DNA of 59,676 bases from Methanomicrobiales archaeon (GTDB taxonomy: Archaea; Halobacteriota; Methanomicrobia; Methanomicrobiales; Methanospirillaceae), in the NCBI GenBank assembly GCA_026394765.1, contig JAPKXQ010000082.1:1-59676 (forward strand). The letters are read 5' to 3'. Positions 39,552 to 50,633 of this stretch are shown one piece after another. Every line of letters starts with the position of its first letter. The first letter of the stretch is position 1. The notes under the pieces were generated by a model, which was given only the letters and a program-made list of their open reading frames with translations, was not told where the DNA came from and did not search any database. Both the position numbers and the translations under genes were made by a program.

Positions 39552-40163
39552 ATGTACTGTCAGAAGTGTGGAAAGAAGACAGAGGCAGGGGGGAAGTTCT
39601 GTCCCTGGTGCGGTGGCGAGATCGTGCCACCCGAACCACCGCGCCGGATCCTCGTACGAAAAGGAGGGGGTGTTGCTACTGAAATCCATGGGGGGTTTGT
39701 GCGGCGGTTCGCAGCTGCTATCATCGACTTAATATTCATCCTCCTGATCGCGGCCTTTGCCACAGGCCTCTTCGGCCTCTCTGAGGGGGCCAGGATGATG
39801 TACCAGGCGGCACGCCACCTCCCGGTCACGACCCGTGATGGCGAAGTGGTCCAGGCCGCGATCCCAGTCCCAGTGGTCGTAACCATTATGGTCATAATCA
39901 TACTCATCCCATGGCTCTACTTTGCAGTGCTGGAGAGTTCTAAGAACCAGGGGACTCTTGGAAAGATCGCGCTCCGTCTCGCAGTAACAGACCACAGTGG
40001 TCGCAGGCTCACCTTTTCACGCGCCACACTAAGGTTCTTCTCCAAGTTTGTCTCAGCTATCGTCATCTTCATGGGATTTTTCGCAATAGGAGTGACCAAG
40101 AGAAAGCAGGGGTTTCACGACTATATCGCAGGGACCTATGTCTTCCACCAGGCAGAGAACTGA
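39552..40163 (+). CDS. zinc-ribbon plus RDD family membrane protein
   Basis: MYCQKCG...FCPWCG; RRFAAAIID, GTLGK, RKQGFHDYIAGT. Confidence 0.88.
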   Translation: MYCQKCGKKTEAGGKFCPWCGGEIVPPEPPRRILVRKGGGVATEIHGGFVRRFAAAIIDLIFILLIAAFATGLFGLSEGARMMYQAARHLPVTTRDGEVVQAAIPVPVVVTIMVIIILIPWLYFAVLESSKNQGTLGKIALRLAVTDHSGRRLTFSRATLRFFSKFVSAIVIFMGFFAIGVTKRKQGFHDYIAGTYVFHQAEN

Positions 40164-40191
40164 TGGATCATGAGGGGCCTTCCCCCCCATC

Positions 40192-40503
40192 TTATCTCTC
40201 ATCCGTTCCTGGCGGAGTACTATATCGGGAGAGCATCCGGTAGATCCTGTCATATCTCACCTTGAGAAATGTGATAACTCCAACAAGGGCGAGTGTCACT
40301 CCATTTGCAACCACGATGGGAGGAGACTCCACAAAAACCCCATATACCAGCCATAAGGTGAGCCCTGATGCAAAGCACCCCAGCATCCCATAGGAGAGAT
40401 CCCCTGCAGACCTGGTCTTCCAGACGCGATAGACCTGTGGAAGGAAGGAGAGAGTCGTGCATGCCCCTGCAAGATATCCAAGGAGCATTACGTGTTCGTT
40501 CAT
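40192..40503 (-). CDS. SemiSWEET (PQ-loop) transporter
   Basis: AGACTTLSFLPQV..W.TRS..DLS, LWLVYG, PIVVAN; three TM helices. Confidence 0.88.
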   Translation of the reverse strand: MNEHVMLLGYLAGACTTLSFLPQVYRVWKTRSAGDLSYGMLGCFASGLTLWLVYGVFVESPPIVVANGVTLALVGVITFLKVRYDRIYRMLSRYSTPPGTDER

Positions 40504-40545
40504 AAATGGAGATAGAGAGGATGCTTGCGGGTGTACAGGCTACGC

Positions 40546-40770
40546 TCAATCATATTTTCCTAAAAGACCGGCCCAGCCTGTAAAACCGCAGTATATGCAG
40601 CCGTCTCCCTCACAGTGGCGACATCTTTGGGGTGGTGCTCTTATGGTCACCGATCCTTTGAGATCGCAGTAGCGGCACCCTTCCCCGCCACAATGAGCAC
40701 ATTCTGCGGTGGTGAACTTATCAGGATCCTCTCCTCTTCTGCCTTCTGCTGACAACCCGGCCTCACTCAT
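40546..40770 (-). CDS. small DnaJ-type zinc-finger protein
   Basis: Four CxxCxxxG repeats ([32 protein letters not shown]); ATGA overlap with ilvD. Confidence 0.8.
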   Translation of the reverse strand: MSEAGLSAEGRRGEDPDKFTTAECAHCGGEGCRYCDLKGSVTIRAPPQRCRHCEGDGCIYCGFTGWAGLLGKYD

Positions 40771-42443
40771 ACGACATCCCGGCAGAGAGTTATTGCGCCC
40801 TGGTCTGCCTGTGCCACGGTGGCGGCATATCGCGCAAGGACACCTTTGAGTGTCCGGGGTCTTGGCGTCCAGCAGGCCCTTCTTGCTGCGAGAGTGCCCT
40901 GGTCGACAAGAAGGTCAATGGTCCTTTCATGGAGGTCAGTTTTGATGAGGTCCCCTTCCTCGACAAGTGCAATTGGACCACCAATCACCGCTTCAGGGGC
41001 TACATGCCCGATACATGGCCCCCTCGTCCCTCCCGAGAAACGACCGTCTGTGACGAGGGCGACATGGCGGTACCCAAGTCCTATGAGCGCGGAAGTGGGG
41101 GCGAGCATCTCTGGCATGCCAGGGCCACCCCGCGGCCCTTCCCCCCTGATAACCACTACGTCGTTCTCTACCACCTGGCGTGCAAGGATGGCCTTCATCG
41201 CGGCAGCTTCTCCCTCAAACACGCGTGCCGGTCCGCTATGGGTCCACATCTCCAGGTCTACCGCTGCCGCCTTGACCACCGCTCCGTCGGGTGCAAGCGT
41301 CCCTTTCAAGATCCGAAGACCTCCTGCCGGGTTGACCGGGTTACTGATTGGGTGGAGCACCTCCTCATTCAGCACCCGGGAGCGATGAGCGATCGCAAGG
41401 GTGGTCATACCGGCCACTGTGGGGGTTTCATGGAGATAGGGAGAGAGCCGTGAGAAGAGTGCGGGGACCCCCCCGGCACGGTGAAGGGCGAGCATCGAAT
41501 GCGGACCGGCGGGCTGCATATAGGAGAGATGAGGTATCCTGGCACCTATCTCATTGAAGCGGGCGAGGGTGAGGGGGACGCCTGCTTCTCCTGCGATAGC
41601 CATCAGGTGAAGAACCGTGTTGGTCGACCCCCCAAGTGCCATATCGACCATGATAGCATTCTCGATGCTCCCGGGTGTGAGGATCTGGTCAGGGGTGGTC
41701 CCTTCAGCGAGAAGTCTCATCACCGCTTCACCACTCGCCCTGGCGATCCTGAGCTTCTCGGCATCTACCGCAGGAGCAGTGGCACAGCCCGGGAGGGACA
41801 TCCCAAGGGCTTCAGTGATGCATGCCATGGTATTGGCGGTATAAAGCCCCTGGCAGCTCCCGCAGCCTGGCATAGCACAGCGCTCCAGATCATGCAATTC
41901 CTCTTCGCTCATCGTGCCTGCGGCGACCCTTCCCACCCCTTCAAAGACATCGATCAGCGAGAGGTCAACTCCATTGAGTGACCCGGGGAGCATCGGCCCT
42001 CCGGTAAGGATGATTGTAGGGATGTTACAGCGAGCGGCTGCCATGAGCATCCCTGGGACTATCTTGTCACAGGTCCCAATGCAGACCAGGGCATCGAAAC
42101 GGTGTGACTCTACCATCAGTTCTATCGCGTCGGCGATGTTCTCCCGTGAGGGGAGGGAGTACCGCATCCCCTCGTGTCCCATCGCAATGCCATCACAGAT
42201 CCCTATGACGCCAAACTCGAAGGGGACACCACCCGCTGCGGTTATCCCCTCCCGGACCTTTGTTGCGAGTTCTCTGAGGTGAACGTGACCAGGGACGATG
42301 GTGTTCCATGCATTTGCCACCCCGACAAAGGGAAGGTCGAACTCCCGGCTGGTGACCCCGAGAGAGCGCAGCAGCGCTCTGTTGGGGGCGCGTTGGTACC
42401 CAACCTTCACCTCGTCGCTCCGCATCGTACTGTGCTTAGCCAT
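40767..42443 (-). CDS. ilvD: dihydroxy-acid dehydratase
   Basis: [42 protein letters not shown]. Confidence 0.97.
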   Translation of the reverse strand: MAKHSTMRSDEVKVGYQRAPNRALLRSLGVTSREFDLPFVGVANAWNTIVPGHVHLRELATKVREGITAAGGVPFEFGVIGICDGIAMGHEGMRYSLPSRENIADAIELMVESHRFDALVCIGTCDKIVPGMLMAAARCNIPTIILTGGPMLPGSLNGVDLSLIDVFEGVGRVAAGTMSEEELHDLERCAMPGCGSCQGLYTANTMACITEALGMSLPGCATAPAVDAEKLRIARASGEAVMRLLAEGTTPDQILTPGSIENAIMVDMALGGSTNTVLHLMAIAGEAGVPLTLARFNEIGARIPHLSYMQPAGPHSMLALHRAGGVPALFSRLSPYLHETPTVAGMTTLAIAHRSRVLNEEVLHPISNPVNPAGGLRILKGTLAPDGAVVKAAAVDLEMWTHSGPARVFEGEAAAMKAILARQVVENDVVVIRGEGPRGGPGMPEMLAPTSALIGLGYRHVALVTDGRFSGGTRGPCIGHVAPEAVIGGPIALVEEGDLIKTDLHERTIDLLVDQGTLAARRACWTPRPRTLKGVLARYAATVAQADQGAITLCRDVV

Positions 42444-42518
42444 GCACTCACACTGAGCCGAATATGTACCTGGAGAGGAGAAGAGCCCTTTGGAGAGTTG
42501 AGGGCAGGCGGCTTTGAC

Positions 42519-43850
42519 TTAAGATCTCTGGTAGGCCCTTGCAGCAGAGAGAAATGAGATGACAAAGTCCGTGGAGAACCATGCGTGAGTGTAGGTCCCA
42601 ATGGTATTGCCCTCGATGAGCCCCTCATTGCCAGTATCTATCCCACTCCCCCGCGTGAGCCGGATCGTGAAACGGGCGTCCCTGGAGCAGTCAACCCGTG
42701 AGTAGTGGAACTCGTGACCCTTGATCAAAGAGCCGGAAGGCAGAAATGAGGAATTATTTGTGACGGTCCCTTCAGTGTAGCCGAGTGCCTGGACACGCGA
42801 GGTCATTTCCGCCACGCAGGGTAGGAGTCCTGCCATAGGAAACGTCCCCTCATCGGTGGTGAGTGACTCTCCGAGCGAGAGGAGGCCCCCGCACTCCCCA
42901 TAGACTGGCATTCCCTCCGCACTTGCGGTCCGAAGTGCAGAGAGGGCAGGGGACTTCGAGAGGGCTTTTCCATGAAGTTCAGGGTATCCTCCGCCGAGAT
43001 AGATACCGTCGACCTGGGGGAGGGGGTCTTTGAGCAGGGAAAAAGGGACAAGGCGGGCCCCTGCGCGGGTCAGTTGCGCGAGGTTCTCCAGGTAGTAGAA
43101 GCAGAACGCCTCATCACGCGCAACACCGATTTTGACGTCACTCTCGCACGAGGTATCCGGGATGTGTGGGCAGGGAGATGGGGCCTTTGCTGTTTTTGCA
43201 GTGGAGATTATCGCGTCGAGGTCACAGTTTGCATTGATGACCTCAATTACTCCATGAGTCTCACTGGTCTCTGAAGCCATGTGGAGACCGAGGTGGCGAC
43301 TCTTCAGTGCAAGCCGCGGGTCGCGGGGTACCCATCCGAGCGCGGGAAGGGCAAGGCCACGTGTGATGAGCTGACGGTGCCGTGCACTCCCCACACGGTT
43401 GAAGATGACCCCTGCCACCTTAATGGTTGGATCGAAATGTCGATACCCAGATATGAGGGCATGCACGCTCCCCGCCATACCTGCAACATCTGCCACCAAC
43501 ACGACAGGTGCCCTGATGATCCTGGCAACATGCGCAGAACTTGCGTTCATGGACCCGTCCAACCCGTCAAAGAGGCCCATAACCCCCTCGATCACCGCGA
43601 TATCGGCTCCATCGGTCGCAGTACAATATGCTCTCAGCACACCTTGCTCTCCCATCATGAATGGGTCGAGGGTGAAAGACTGCCTGCCACAGATGGCGGT
43701 GTGATGGGTTGGGTCGATGAAGTCAGGACCGATCTTGAAGGGCTGGACCACCAGGCCCCGCTCTATCAGCGCACCCATCACACCCCGGGCGATGGTCGTC
43801 TTCCCACAACCGCTGTGGGTCCCCCCAATAATGACGGTTGGAACTGCCAA
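42519..43850 (-). CDS. cbiA: cobyrinate a,c-diamide synthase (CbiA/CobB; CfbB paralogue not excluded)
   Basis: GTHSGCGKTT, FKIGPDFIDP, EGVMGLFDG, SRHLGL, GGYPE, ECGG, GHEFHYS. TTG start inferred. Confidence 0.85.
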   Translation of the reverse strand: MAVPTVIIGGTHSGCGKTTIARGVMGALIERGLVVQPFKIGPDFIDPTHHTAICGRQSFTLDPFMMGEQGVLRAYCTATDGADIAVIEGVMGLFDGLDGSMNASSAHVARIIRAPVVLVADVAGMAGSVHALISGYRHFDPTIKVAGVIFNRVGSARHRQLITRGLALPALGWVPRDPRLALKSRHLGLHMASETSETHGVIEVINANCDLDAIISTAKTAKAPSPCPHIPDTSCESDVKIGVARDEAFCFYYLENLAQLTRAGARLVPFSLLKDPLPQVDGIYLGGGYPELHGKALSKSPALSALRTASAEGMPVYGECGGLLSLGESLTTDEGTFPMAGLLPCVAEMTSRVQALGYTEGTVTNNSSFLPSGSLIKGHEFHYSRVDCSRDARFTIRLTRGSGIDTGNEGLIEGNTIGTYTHAWFSTDFVISFLSAARAYQRS

Positions 43851-43959
43851 ATTACTGATACTCTCCACCGTCAACTTAGGGATGGACCAGCTGGATAGAG
43901 TGCTCACTCCATAACGATTAATTCCCGCCCGTGAAATACGCATTCATAAGGGGATTCTG

Positions 43960-44406
43960 GTGAGGCGAGGGACGAAAAATTTCCCGGTCCTGGTCTCGGC
44001 CGCGGTGATGGTTATCATAATAGTAGCTGCTCTCTTCGCAACCGGGGCGATACAGAGTCTCCTCTTCCCCCAGTCAATACAACCTGGGGGGGATCACGTG
44101 GTGGTGGCATCAATCATCGCAGAGGCCATCCCTACCGATACCGAGGTAGTATTCCTAGCAGTTCCGAGAAGCGGGATCGAAGGCGACTACTTCATCTCAT
44201 ATGAACTTCTGGAGAACGGGGTCACTCTGGAGTCCGCAGCAAACAGGGCCTATAGAAACCTCTCCAGTGCTCATCCGTTTATGAAAAGGGTCGAAAAGGA
44301 GCCGGGGACCAATTATACCCTCACCATCCAGGTTACTGATCCCCTGGGAAAGATTCTCCTTGAAAAGACGCTCACCCATGAGGTCCCCCGCACCCCAGTC
44401 ACATGA
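43960..44406 (+). CDS. membrane-anchored hypothetical protein
   Basis: N-terminal TM helix then beta-rich domain; fills the gap between cbiA and polB. Confidence 0.6.
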   Translation: MRRGTKNFPVLVSAAVMVIIIVAALFATGAIQSLLFPQSIQPGGDHVVVASIIAEAIPTDTEVVFLAVPRSGIEGDYFISYELLENGVTLESAANRAYRNLSSAHPFMKRVEKEPGTNYTLTIQVTDPLGKILLEKTLTHEVPRTPVT

Positions 44407-44496
44407 AAGAGGACTTGGCGGACCACCTTCACCCGCGCATCACCGATTCAGGAACAGTCTTTTCTTCTTGTTTGCTCAGATCCTCCCTCAATGCAC

Positions 44497-46992
44497 TCAG
44501 AAACCAAACTGGGAGAGGGTGGTCCGTGTGGGGTCGATATCGTCCCATTGCCACCCGAGGGCCTCGATAATGCGCGATATTGGCTGTCTGATAGTCTTTG
44601 TGAGCATCAACTCGCGGTCGATCACAAACTCTGGAGGGACCTGGTCACCATACTCAAAACATAAGACATCGGTCTTAGGATACTTACCCTGGACCGATTT
44701 GATATAGACCCTCTTTGGCTTCGAGCCCTTGGCAAACTCGGTCCCGAGGTTATCATTGGCGTATTTCGCCCCCCGCACATGGGCATCAACATTCGCATAG
44801 GAGTCGAGCTGCTTCCCGATCCCCCCTGGGATCCCTATCTCGTCGAGGCTGAACTTACCGCTCCGGTAGTCGCGAATTATTCCGCCAAGGTATCGCTTGA
44901 CGGCTGGAAAGTCTTCGCCTTTGAGGATCATCTCCATGACCTGCCGCTGCACGTCCCTCGCAATTCCCGGCGTGTCGCTGCGCCGTGTCTCGAAACCAAC
45001 GATATCGATCTCGTCCACCACCTTGCCCTCTTTCCAGATTAGGTGACCTGCATAGCGCTTCTTGCGCCCGGACTGGAAGAACCGCTGGTAGATCTTCTCG
45101 AACTTGATAGAGAAGAAGTGTGACGCGGCGTTAAGTTCCCGTGCTGCAAACTCATTGTAGCTCGCATTAAGCCGCTCCTCTATCACGCCGGCGACTGCGA
45201 TCATGGCAGGGATGTCATGGCCTGGGAGGGTGACCATGCAGGAGTCGGTATCGCCGTAGATGACACGATATCCCATCTCCTCAATGACCCGGCGGGTGTG
45301 CTCGATTATCGCTCTCCCAACCGCGGTCACTGCAGACCCGATCTCCCTGTCATAGAGGCGGAAGCGGGGGAAGCCCGACACCCCGTAGTAGGTGTTCATG
45401 ATAACTTTCAGGACATTCTGCTGAAGGTCAAAGAGGACATACTCCTGGGAACCGAAGGGATGGAGGTTTCGCGCACGTTTCTTCTCGTCGCGCTCTTTTA
45501 ACAGGTCACTGATGATGCTCCTGGCAAGGCCATCGGGCTGCTTCTTAAACCGCACCCCATTGGGGGCACGAAGTTCACCTTCGGGGTCCTTGGTCTCAGG
45601 CGAGGCATTGATAGTCATCATCGCCATCGGATAGAGGGACTTGAGGTCGAGGACGATCACATTCTCTTTTAAGCCGTGACTAGCCTCAAAGACCGTCGCT
45701 CCCTCAAATTCTTCCGCATCTGCATTCCCCTTCGATGGGAGGACATAGCGGTTGTAAGCCTTTCGCAAGAGGTAGATATCGATGATACTTGAGGACGCGA
45801 GGGTGCGGTCGAGAGGGCAGCCCACGTATCGTGCGATCTCCCGATAGAATTCAACGATCCTGTTCTTTTCATTGATAGCGACACAGAGCGCGACGTCTTG
45901 GTGGTTGTACTCGACCAGGAGGAGGGGGTCATCCTTCCAGAGATCGATGATCCGGCCACGGTAGCGCACTTTGGTCTCACCGACCTCGGCCTCTGCCACC
46001 GCGTCGAGCCTGTAGGACGACCGCAGCGAAGGTTGCATCTTGCGGTACGCTGCGAGGAGGTCAAATACAGAGCGTCCACGTACTGCACTCCGCTCGGTCT
46101 GGCCATGGAGACGTGCGAGCTTCCCTTCAGGGATGCCACAGGCGGCCATTCTCCCCAGGATATAGGAATAGTCAAAGTCGGTGAAGTTCCACCCAGAGAG
46201 GATGTCGGGGTCGGTATCATGGATGAATGCTGAAAATCCTAAAAACATCTTCTCTTCGTTTGGATAGGTGAGGATGGTGTGAAACGCAGGATCAAAGCAG
46301 TGTTTCCCCCGGATTCCGGGAGAGGTTGTAAGGGCCTTTGCAAGGCTCCCTTCCGGGTCCAGGAAGAAGGTGGTGCTCTTTTGGGTGAATGAGTCCCAGG
46401 CACATATGCAGAGGACAGGGTCCCGTCCAGAGTCAGGGAACCCCCGGGAGTCGTCGCACTCTACATCGATTATGCAGGTCCGGACAGGGGCGTCCATCTT
46501 AATGGGCCTGATCTCAGAGTATTCGCAGGGACTTGACGGTGCTGCAACCGCTTCTGTCAAGCCGCAGTCGATCATGAACCTGGTAGTGAATGGGATATCA
46601 GCTTCAAAGTGATGGAACCGTGAACGGAGTTCCCGGACATCAGTAGGCTTTCCGGTATAGAGGCGTCTGAGAACCTCACCATGGATGGAGCGGTACGATG
46701 TCTTCTCTTCCAGGGAGGTAATGGGGGGCAGAGGGGTCTGGGTCAGATCTGCGGCAGCGATATAGAAGTAGGGACGAAAACCCGTTACAATTAGGCAGGA
46801 AGCGATGCCTGCAGAGTTCCTGCCATAGAGGTGGATGAGGGGACCATCCGGGGTAGTGCTGTACTCCACCTGTGAGATAGCGATTCTGATGCCGCCATCA
46901 GCATTCACTGGGTCTGGGGCCAGGTGAGGAGGGATGGAATATTCACCTGGTGTGCTGGTAGAGCCCTGCGATGAACTGAGCAGCGACGTCAA
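44497..46992 (-). CDS. polB: family B DNA polymerase
   Basis: Exo I DVE, GWNFTDFD, DLKSLYP, KVIMNTYYG, YGDTDS, KKRY; PIP-like TTLSQF. No intein. Start uncertain. Confidence 0.96.
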   Translation of the reverse strand: MTSLLSSSQGSTSTPGEYSIPPHLAPDPVNADGGIRIAISQVEYSTTPDGPLIHLYGRNSAGIASCLIVTGFRPYFYIAAADLTQTPLPPITSLEEKTSYRSIHGEVLRRLYTGKPTDVRELRSRFHHFEADIPFTTRFMIDCGLTEAVAAPSSPCEYSEIRPIKMDAPVRTCIIDVECDDSRGFPDSGRDPVLCICAWDSFTQKSTTFFLDPEGSLAKALTTSPGIRGKHCFDPAFHTILTYPNEEKMFLGFSAFIHDTDPDILSGWNFTDFDYSYILGRMAACGIPEGKLARLHGQTERSAVRGRSVFDLLAAYRKMQPSLRSSYRLDAVAEAEVGETKVRYRGRIIDLWKDDPLLLVEYNHQDVALCVAINEKNRIVEFYREIARYVGCPLDRTLASSSIIDIYLLRKAYNRYVLPSKGNADAEEFEGATVFEASHGLKENVIVLDLKSLYPMAMMTINASPETKDPEGELRAPNGVRFKKQPDGLARSIISDLLKERDEKKRARNLHPFGSQEYVLFDLQQNVLKVIMNTYYGVSGFPRFRLYDREIGSAVTAVGRAIIEHTRRVIEEMGYRVIYGDTDSCMVTLPGHDIPAMIAVAGVIEERLNASYNEFAARELNAASHFFSIKFEKIYQRFFQSGRKKRYAGHLIWKEGKVVDEIDIVGFETRRSDTPGIARDVQRQVMEMILKGEDFPAVKRYLGGIIRDYRSGKFSLDEIGIPGGIGKQLDSYANVDAHVRGAKYANDNLGTEFAKGSKPKRVYIKSVQGKYPKTDVLCFEYGDQVPPEFVIDRELMLTKTIRQPISRIIEALGWQWDDIDPTRTTLSQFGF

Positions 46993-47806
46993 AGTTGCGT
47001 TCCTCCCATGGGTCGAGATTCCATTCTTCGATCTGGTGAACTCCTTCCCGGCCGATCACCGCAGGGACACCGATCGAGATGTCCTGGTGCCCGTACTCAC
47101 CAGCGAGTATGCATGAGCAGCATAATGTAACCCTCTGGTCCAGGGCGACCGCTCTTGCAAGGGCAATGATGTGGTAGGCCGGGCCAAAGACCGTCCCCCC
47201 TTTTCCAGTGATCACCTCCATGCTCGCGGTCCTGAGGTGCCCAAGTATCTCATCCCGCATACCCTCGGAAACCTCCATATTTAGCCTTGAAAAGATTGGG
47301 ACCTGGTGTTCCCCGTGTTCACCAAGGACTGACCCCGCACCTGCTATCTCCCTTTCATTCAGAGCGAGTGAGAACCTAGCACTATCGACCTGGCACCCGA
47401 AACCGATGCACCGACATGGGTCCAGGCCTGATCGGTCCTGGAGAAGCCGGTTGTTGGCGTCCATCGGGTTCGTGACCGTGATCAGTACCCCTTCAAACTT
47501 CCTGAGCGCACCGCCACATTCATGTGCGGCCGGGATGTTAGCCTGGAGGAGGTCAGCACGGGTTTTTACCGTCGGGTCACGGGCGATCCCGGCAGCAAAG
47601 ATACAGATGTCACAGTCCCGGACATCAGTCGTGCTGGTGCTGATCTCCAGGTCGATTCCCGTGTGGAGGAGGTCCAGTACCTGGGCTTGGAGAAGTTGTT
47701 TTTGGCTGTCGTAGAGGACGAGGCGTTTTGCAAGTCCTGTCACAGCAGCGAGGTATGCCACTTCGCCCCCTATCCTCCCTGTCCCAAGTACTGCGAGATC
47801 GGTCAT
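46943..47806 (-). CDS. mdh: LDH-like malate dehydrogenase
   Basis: LGTGRIG, AGIAR...RADLL..N, TNPMD, DSARF, GEHGE. Confidence 0.85.
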   Translation of the reverse strand: MTDLAVLGTGRIGGEVAYLAAVTGLAKRLVLYDSQKQLLQAQVLDLLHTGIDLEISTSTTDVRDCDICIFAAGIARDPTVKTRADLLQANIPAAHECGGALRKFEGVLITVTNPMDANNRLLQDRSGLDPCRCIGFGCQVDSARFSLALNEREIAGAGSVLGEHGEHQVPIFSRLNMEVSEGMRDEILGHLRTASMEVITGKGGTVFGPAYHIIALARAVALDQRVTLCCSCILAGEYGHQDISIGVPAVIGREGVHQIEEWNLDPWEERNFDVAAQFIAGLYQHTR

Positions 47807-47864
47807 GCTGCTTTTGTAATGCGGTGCCGCAGAATAAATACCTGGGAGGAGAGGTGTGATCCGT

Positions 47865-48752
47865 ATGCTCGCCCTGAAACGAGGACCGATTCAAGTCGCC
47901 GGAGTGGCGCTTGAAAACCACCTCCTCCTCGCCGCAGGGGTCCTGGGAACGACAGGGTCCTCACTTGCAAGGGTTCTGCGGACCGGGGCTGGGGGTGTCG
48001 TGACCAAGTCTATCGGGCCATTCCCAGGAGGTGGTCACCCGGGGCCATGCCTTGTACCCCTTGAAGATGGCCTTCTGAATGCAATGGGACTTCCCAACCC
48101 GTCGCATCACTTCAGGGAGGAACTCGTTGGCCTCGCAGGGAGACCGGTAGTTGTGAGCGTCTTTGGGGGGTCACCTGAAGAGTTTGCAAGGGTCGCGGGA
48201 TGGTTCTGCGACCTGGCGAGGGGGTTTGAACTGAACTTAAGCTGCCCGCATGCAGAGGGCTATGGCGCGGCACTGGGGTCAGACCCAGAGATGGTCGAAG
48301 CCTGTACAAGAGCAGTCAAACGCCTGGGACTTCCAACCTGGGTGAAGCTCACCCCGAATGTTACAGACATCGCGGCTTGTGGGAGAGCTGCCGAACGTGG
48401 GGGAGCCGATGCCCTCGTTGCGATCAATACGGTGAGGGCGATGAGGGTATCAGTTGACCTCCGCAGGCCGGTTCTTGGAAACCGGTATGGAGGCCTCTCG
48501 GGAAGGGCTATATTTCCCATCGCGGTCCGGGCAGTATACGAGCTATATGAGGAGTGCAGCATCCCTGTCATCGGCTGCGGGGGGGTGAGCTCTGCGCGCG
48601 ATGTCATTGAGATGATGATGGCAGGGGCATCAGCAGTCGAGATCGGGAGCGCTCTTATCAACGACCCTGACACCTTCCGCAATATTGCCGGAGCGCTCTA
48701 CCAGGACGGAGGGGTCAACCCGGCCACCATCATCGGAGTTGCCCATGAATGA
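47865..48752 (+). CDS. pyrD: dihydroorotate dehydrogenase (family 1B catalytic subunit)
   Basis: VTKS, NAMGLPNP, ELNLSCPH, VKLTPN, INT, GGLSG. Confidence 0.95.
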   Translation: MLALKRGPIQVAGVALENHLLLAAGVLGTTGSSLARVLRTGAGGVVTKSIGPFPGGGHPGPCLVPLEDGLLNAMGLPNPSHHFREELVGLAGRPVVVSVFGGSPEEFARVAGWFCDLARGFELNLSCPHAEGYGAALGSDPEMVEACTRAVKRLGLPTWVKLTPNVTDIAACGRAAERGGADALVAINTVRAMRVSVDLRRPVLGNRYGGLSGRAIFPIAVRAVYELYEECSIPVIGCGGVSSARDVIEMMMAGASAVEIGSALINDPDTFRNIAGALYQDGGVNPATIIGVAHE

Positions 48753-49503
48753 GGGCCTCCCAGTGGGAGTCATCATCAGGGACGTGGTGCATGAAACTCA
48801 GTCAGTAAGGACTTTTATTTTGGACTGGAAGGTGCAGTTTGTTCCGGGCCAGTTCGTGATGGTCTGGGTTCCAGGGGTGGACGAGGTGCCCATGGCACTA
48901 ACAGGGGCGGGAACAATCACGGTCCAGCGGGTGGGAGATGCGACCGATGCACTCTTCGGCCTTGGTCCCGGGGACCTCATCGGGGTCAGAGGCCCGTTTG
49001 GAAACGGGTTCTCTACAGGTGCGCGGACCCTTGCGGTGGCAGGTGGAATTGGGGTCGCACCCCTACTTTCCCTCGCGCGGGGAGGGGGTGTCCAGGTCTT
49101 TCTCCTCGGCGCGCGTACGACTGATGAACTCCTTTTTGTTGAAGATCTCAGGCAGGTCACCAAGGTGGTCATCGCCACTGATGACGGCTCATCAGGTCAC
49201 CACGGTTATGTCGCTGAACTTATGGATACCCTCGATCTCACTTTATTCGATGGCATCTGCACCTGCGGACCTGAGCCAATGATGGCCGCCGTACTGACAA
49301 GGCTCTGCGCACATGGAATGGAAGGGCGGGGGCAGTTCAGCCTCCATCGGTATATGAAGTGCGGGGTCGGGGTCTGCGGGTCATGTGCGATCGACCCTTC
49401 AGGGATGAGAGTCTGCAGAGAGGGGCCGGTTTTTACCGGAGATCAGCTGATCGGCTCAGAGTTCGGGCAGTATCACCGAGACGCTGCAGGAGTGAGAATA
49501 TAG
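48745..49503 (+). CDS. pyrK: dihydroorotate dehydrogenase electron transfer subunit
   Basis: PGQFVM, RGPFGNGF, GGIGVAP, CGPEPMM, MKCGVGVCGSC...C.EGPVF. Confidence 0.95.
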   Translation: MNEGLPVGVIIRDVVHETQSVRTFILDWKVQFVPGQFVMVWVPGVDEVPMALTGAGTITVQRVGDATDALFGLGPGDLIGVRGPFGNGFSTGARTLAVAGGIGVAPLLSLARGGGVQVFLLGARTTDELLFVEDLRQVTKVVIATDDGSSGHHGYVAELMDTLDLTLFDGICTCGPEPMMAAVLTRLCAHGMEGRGQFSLHRYMKCGVGVCGSCAIDPSGMRVCREGPVFTGDQLIGSEFGQYHRDAAGVRI

Positions 49504-49724
49504 GAATTCCATATGATGGCATGGCATACTACAATGTTCTATCCCCCGCGGTGGGAGGACGAAAGTGCCACCCTAATAAAAACTCATCTCTTCTCCGCGT
49601 TTTTCCTTTTAAGCCGCCAGATCAATTAGAAAGTTATTAATAAGACCACAAAGGATTTTAGTTTGAACCAACACAGTTCGCGTTTATGAGTTGTTGGTAG
49701 CTATCAGAAGAGAGGTGTGTGAAA

Positions 49725-50624
49725 ATGGTATTCCATCCCCCGGTACAAATTGTCGCAAAATGCGGCGATGCTGGGAAATACAAGACTGGGCTCCCCTGGT
49801 GGAACATGATCCTTCGTGGGTTCATGTCAGGGGCGTATATAGCCATGGGTGGCGCACTCGCTACCGTTTGTAGTACAGGCGTCGCAGCAGCTGGCGGTGT
49901 AGGCGCTGCAAGCGCTGGTTTTGGTGCACTCATCACGGGTGCGGTCTTCCCTGTTGGGCTTATTATCACCGTCCTTACCGGTGCAGAGCTCTTCACTGGT
50001 GACGCAATGCTCGCCCCGATGGCTGCATTTATTCACAGGATCACCTGGGGATCAGTCCTCAATCTCTGGGTATGGGTCTATGTCGGGAACCTTATCGGGT
50101 CTATCGTCTATGCCTACATCATGGCGTACGGGCCATTCAGTGCATGGGATGCTGCAGGCGCCGGTACAGTGACGGCATTTGGAACGCGAGCGATCGCTAT
50201 AGCTGCCTTTAAAGTCCAGTATGTTGGCATGATGGGCATGTGGTCGGCGTTCCTCAAAGCGATTGGGTGCAACTGGCTCGTTAACCTTGCAATCCTCCTC
50301 GGGATATGCGCAGACGACCTGATTGGTAAGTTCTTCGGGATCTGGTTCCCGATCATGGCCTTCGTCTCCACCGGATTCGAACACTCTATAGCAAACATGT
50401 ACTTCATCGGAGCTGGTATCTTCACCGATGGCATCCTTGCAAATAAGACGGCTGGTGCTGCAATTGCCGGAATTTCGAAGGTGGGATATACTAATCTCAA
50501 CTGGGTCGGGTTCTGGGCAAACAACATGATCATCGTCACTATAGGTAACATCGTAGGTGGCATGGTCTTTGTTGGTGTCATCTACTGGGTAGCGTTCAGG
50601 AAGGAGATCGCCGCTCTCAAGTAA
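49725..50624 (+). CDS. formate/nitrite transporter (FdhC-like)
   Basis: FPVGLI...GAELFTG, GNLIG, AIGCNWLVNLA, GFEHSIANM, GNIVGG. Confidence 0.93.
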   Translation: MVFHPPVQIVAKCGDAGKYKTGLPWWNMILRGFMSGAYIAMGGALATVCSTGVAAAGGVGAASAGFGALITGAVFPVGLIITVLTGAELFTGDAMLAPMAAFIHRITWGSVLNLWVWVYVGNLIGSIVYAYIMAYGPFSAWDAAGAGTVTAFGTRAIAIAAFKVQYVGMMGMWSAFLKAIGCNWLVNLAILLGICADDLIGKFFGIWFPIMAFVSTGFEHSIANMYFIGAGIFTDGILANKTAGAAIAGISKVGYTNLNWVGFWANNMIIVTIGNIVGGMVFVGVIYWVAFRKEIAALK

Positions 50625-50633
50625 GACGGTCTG

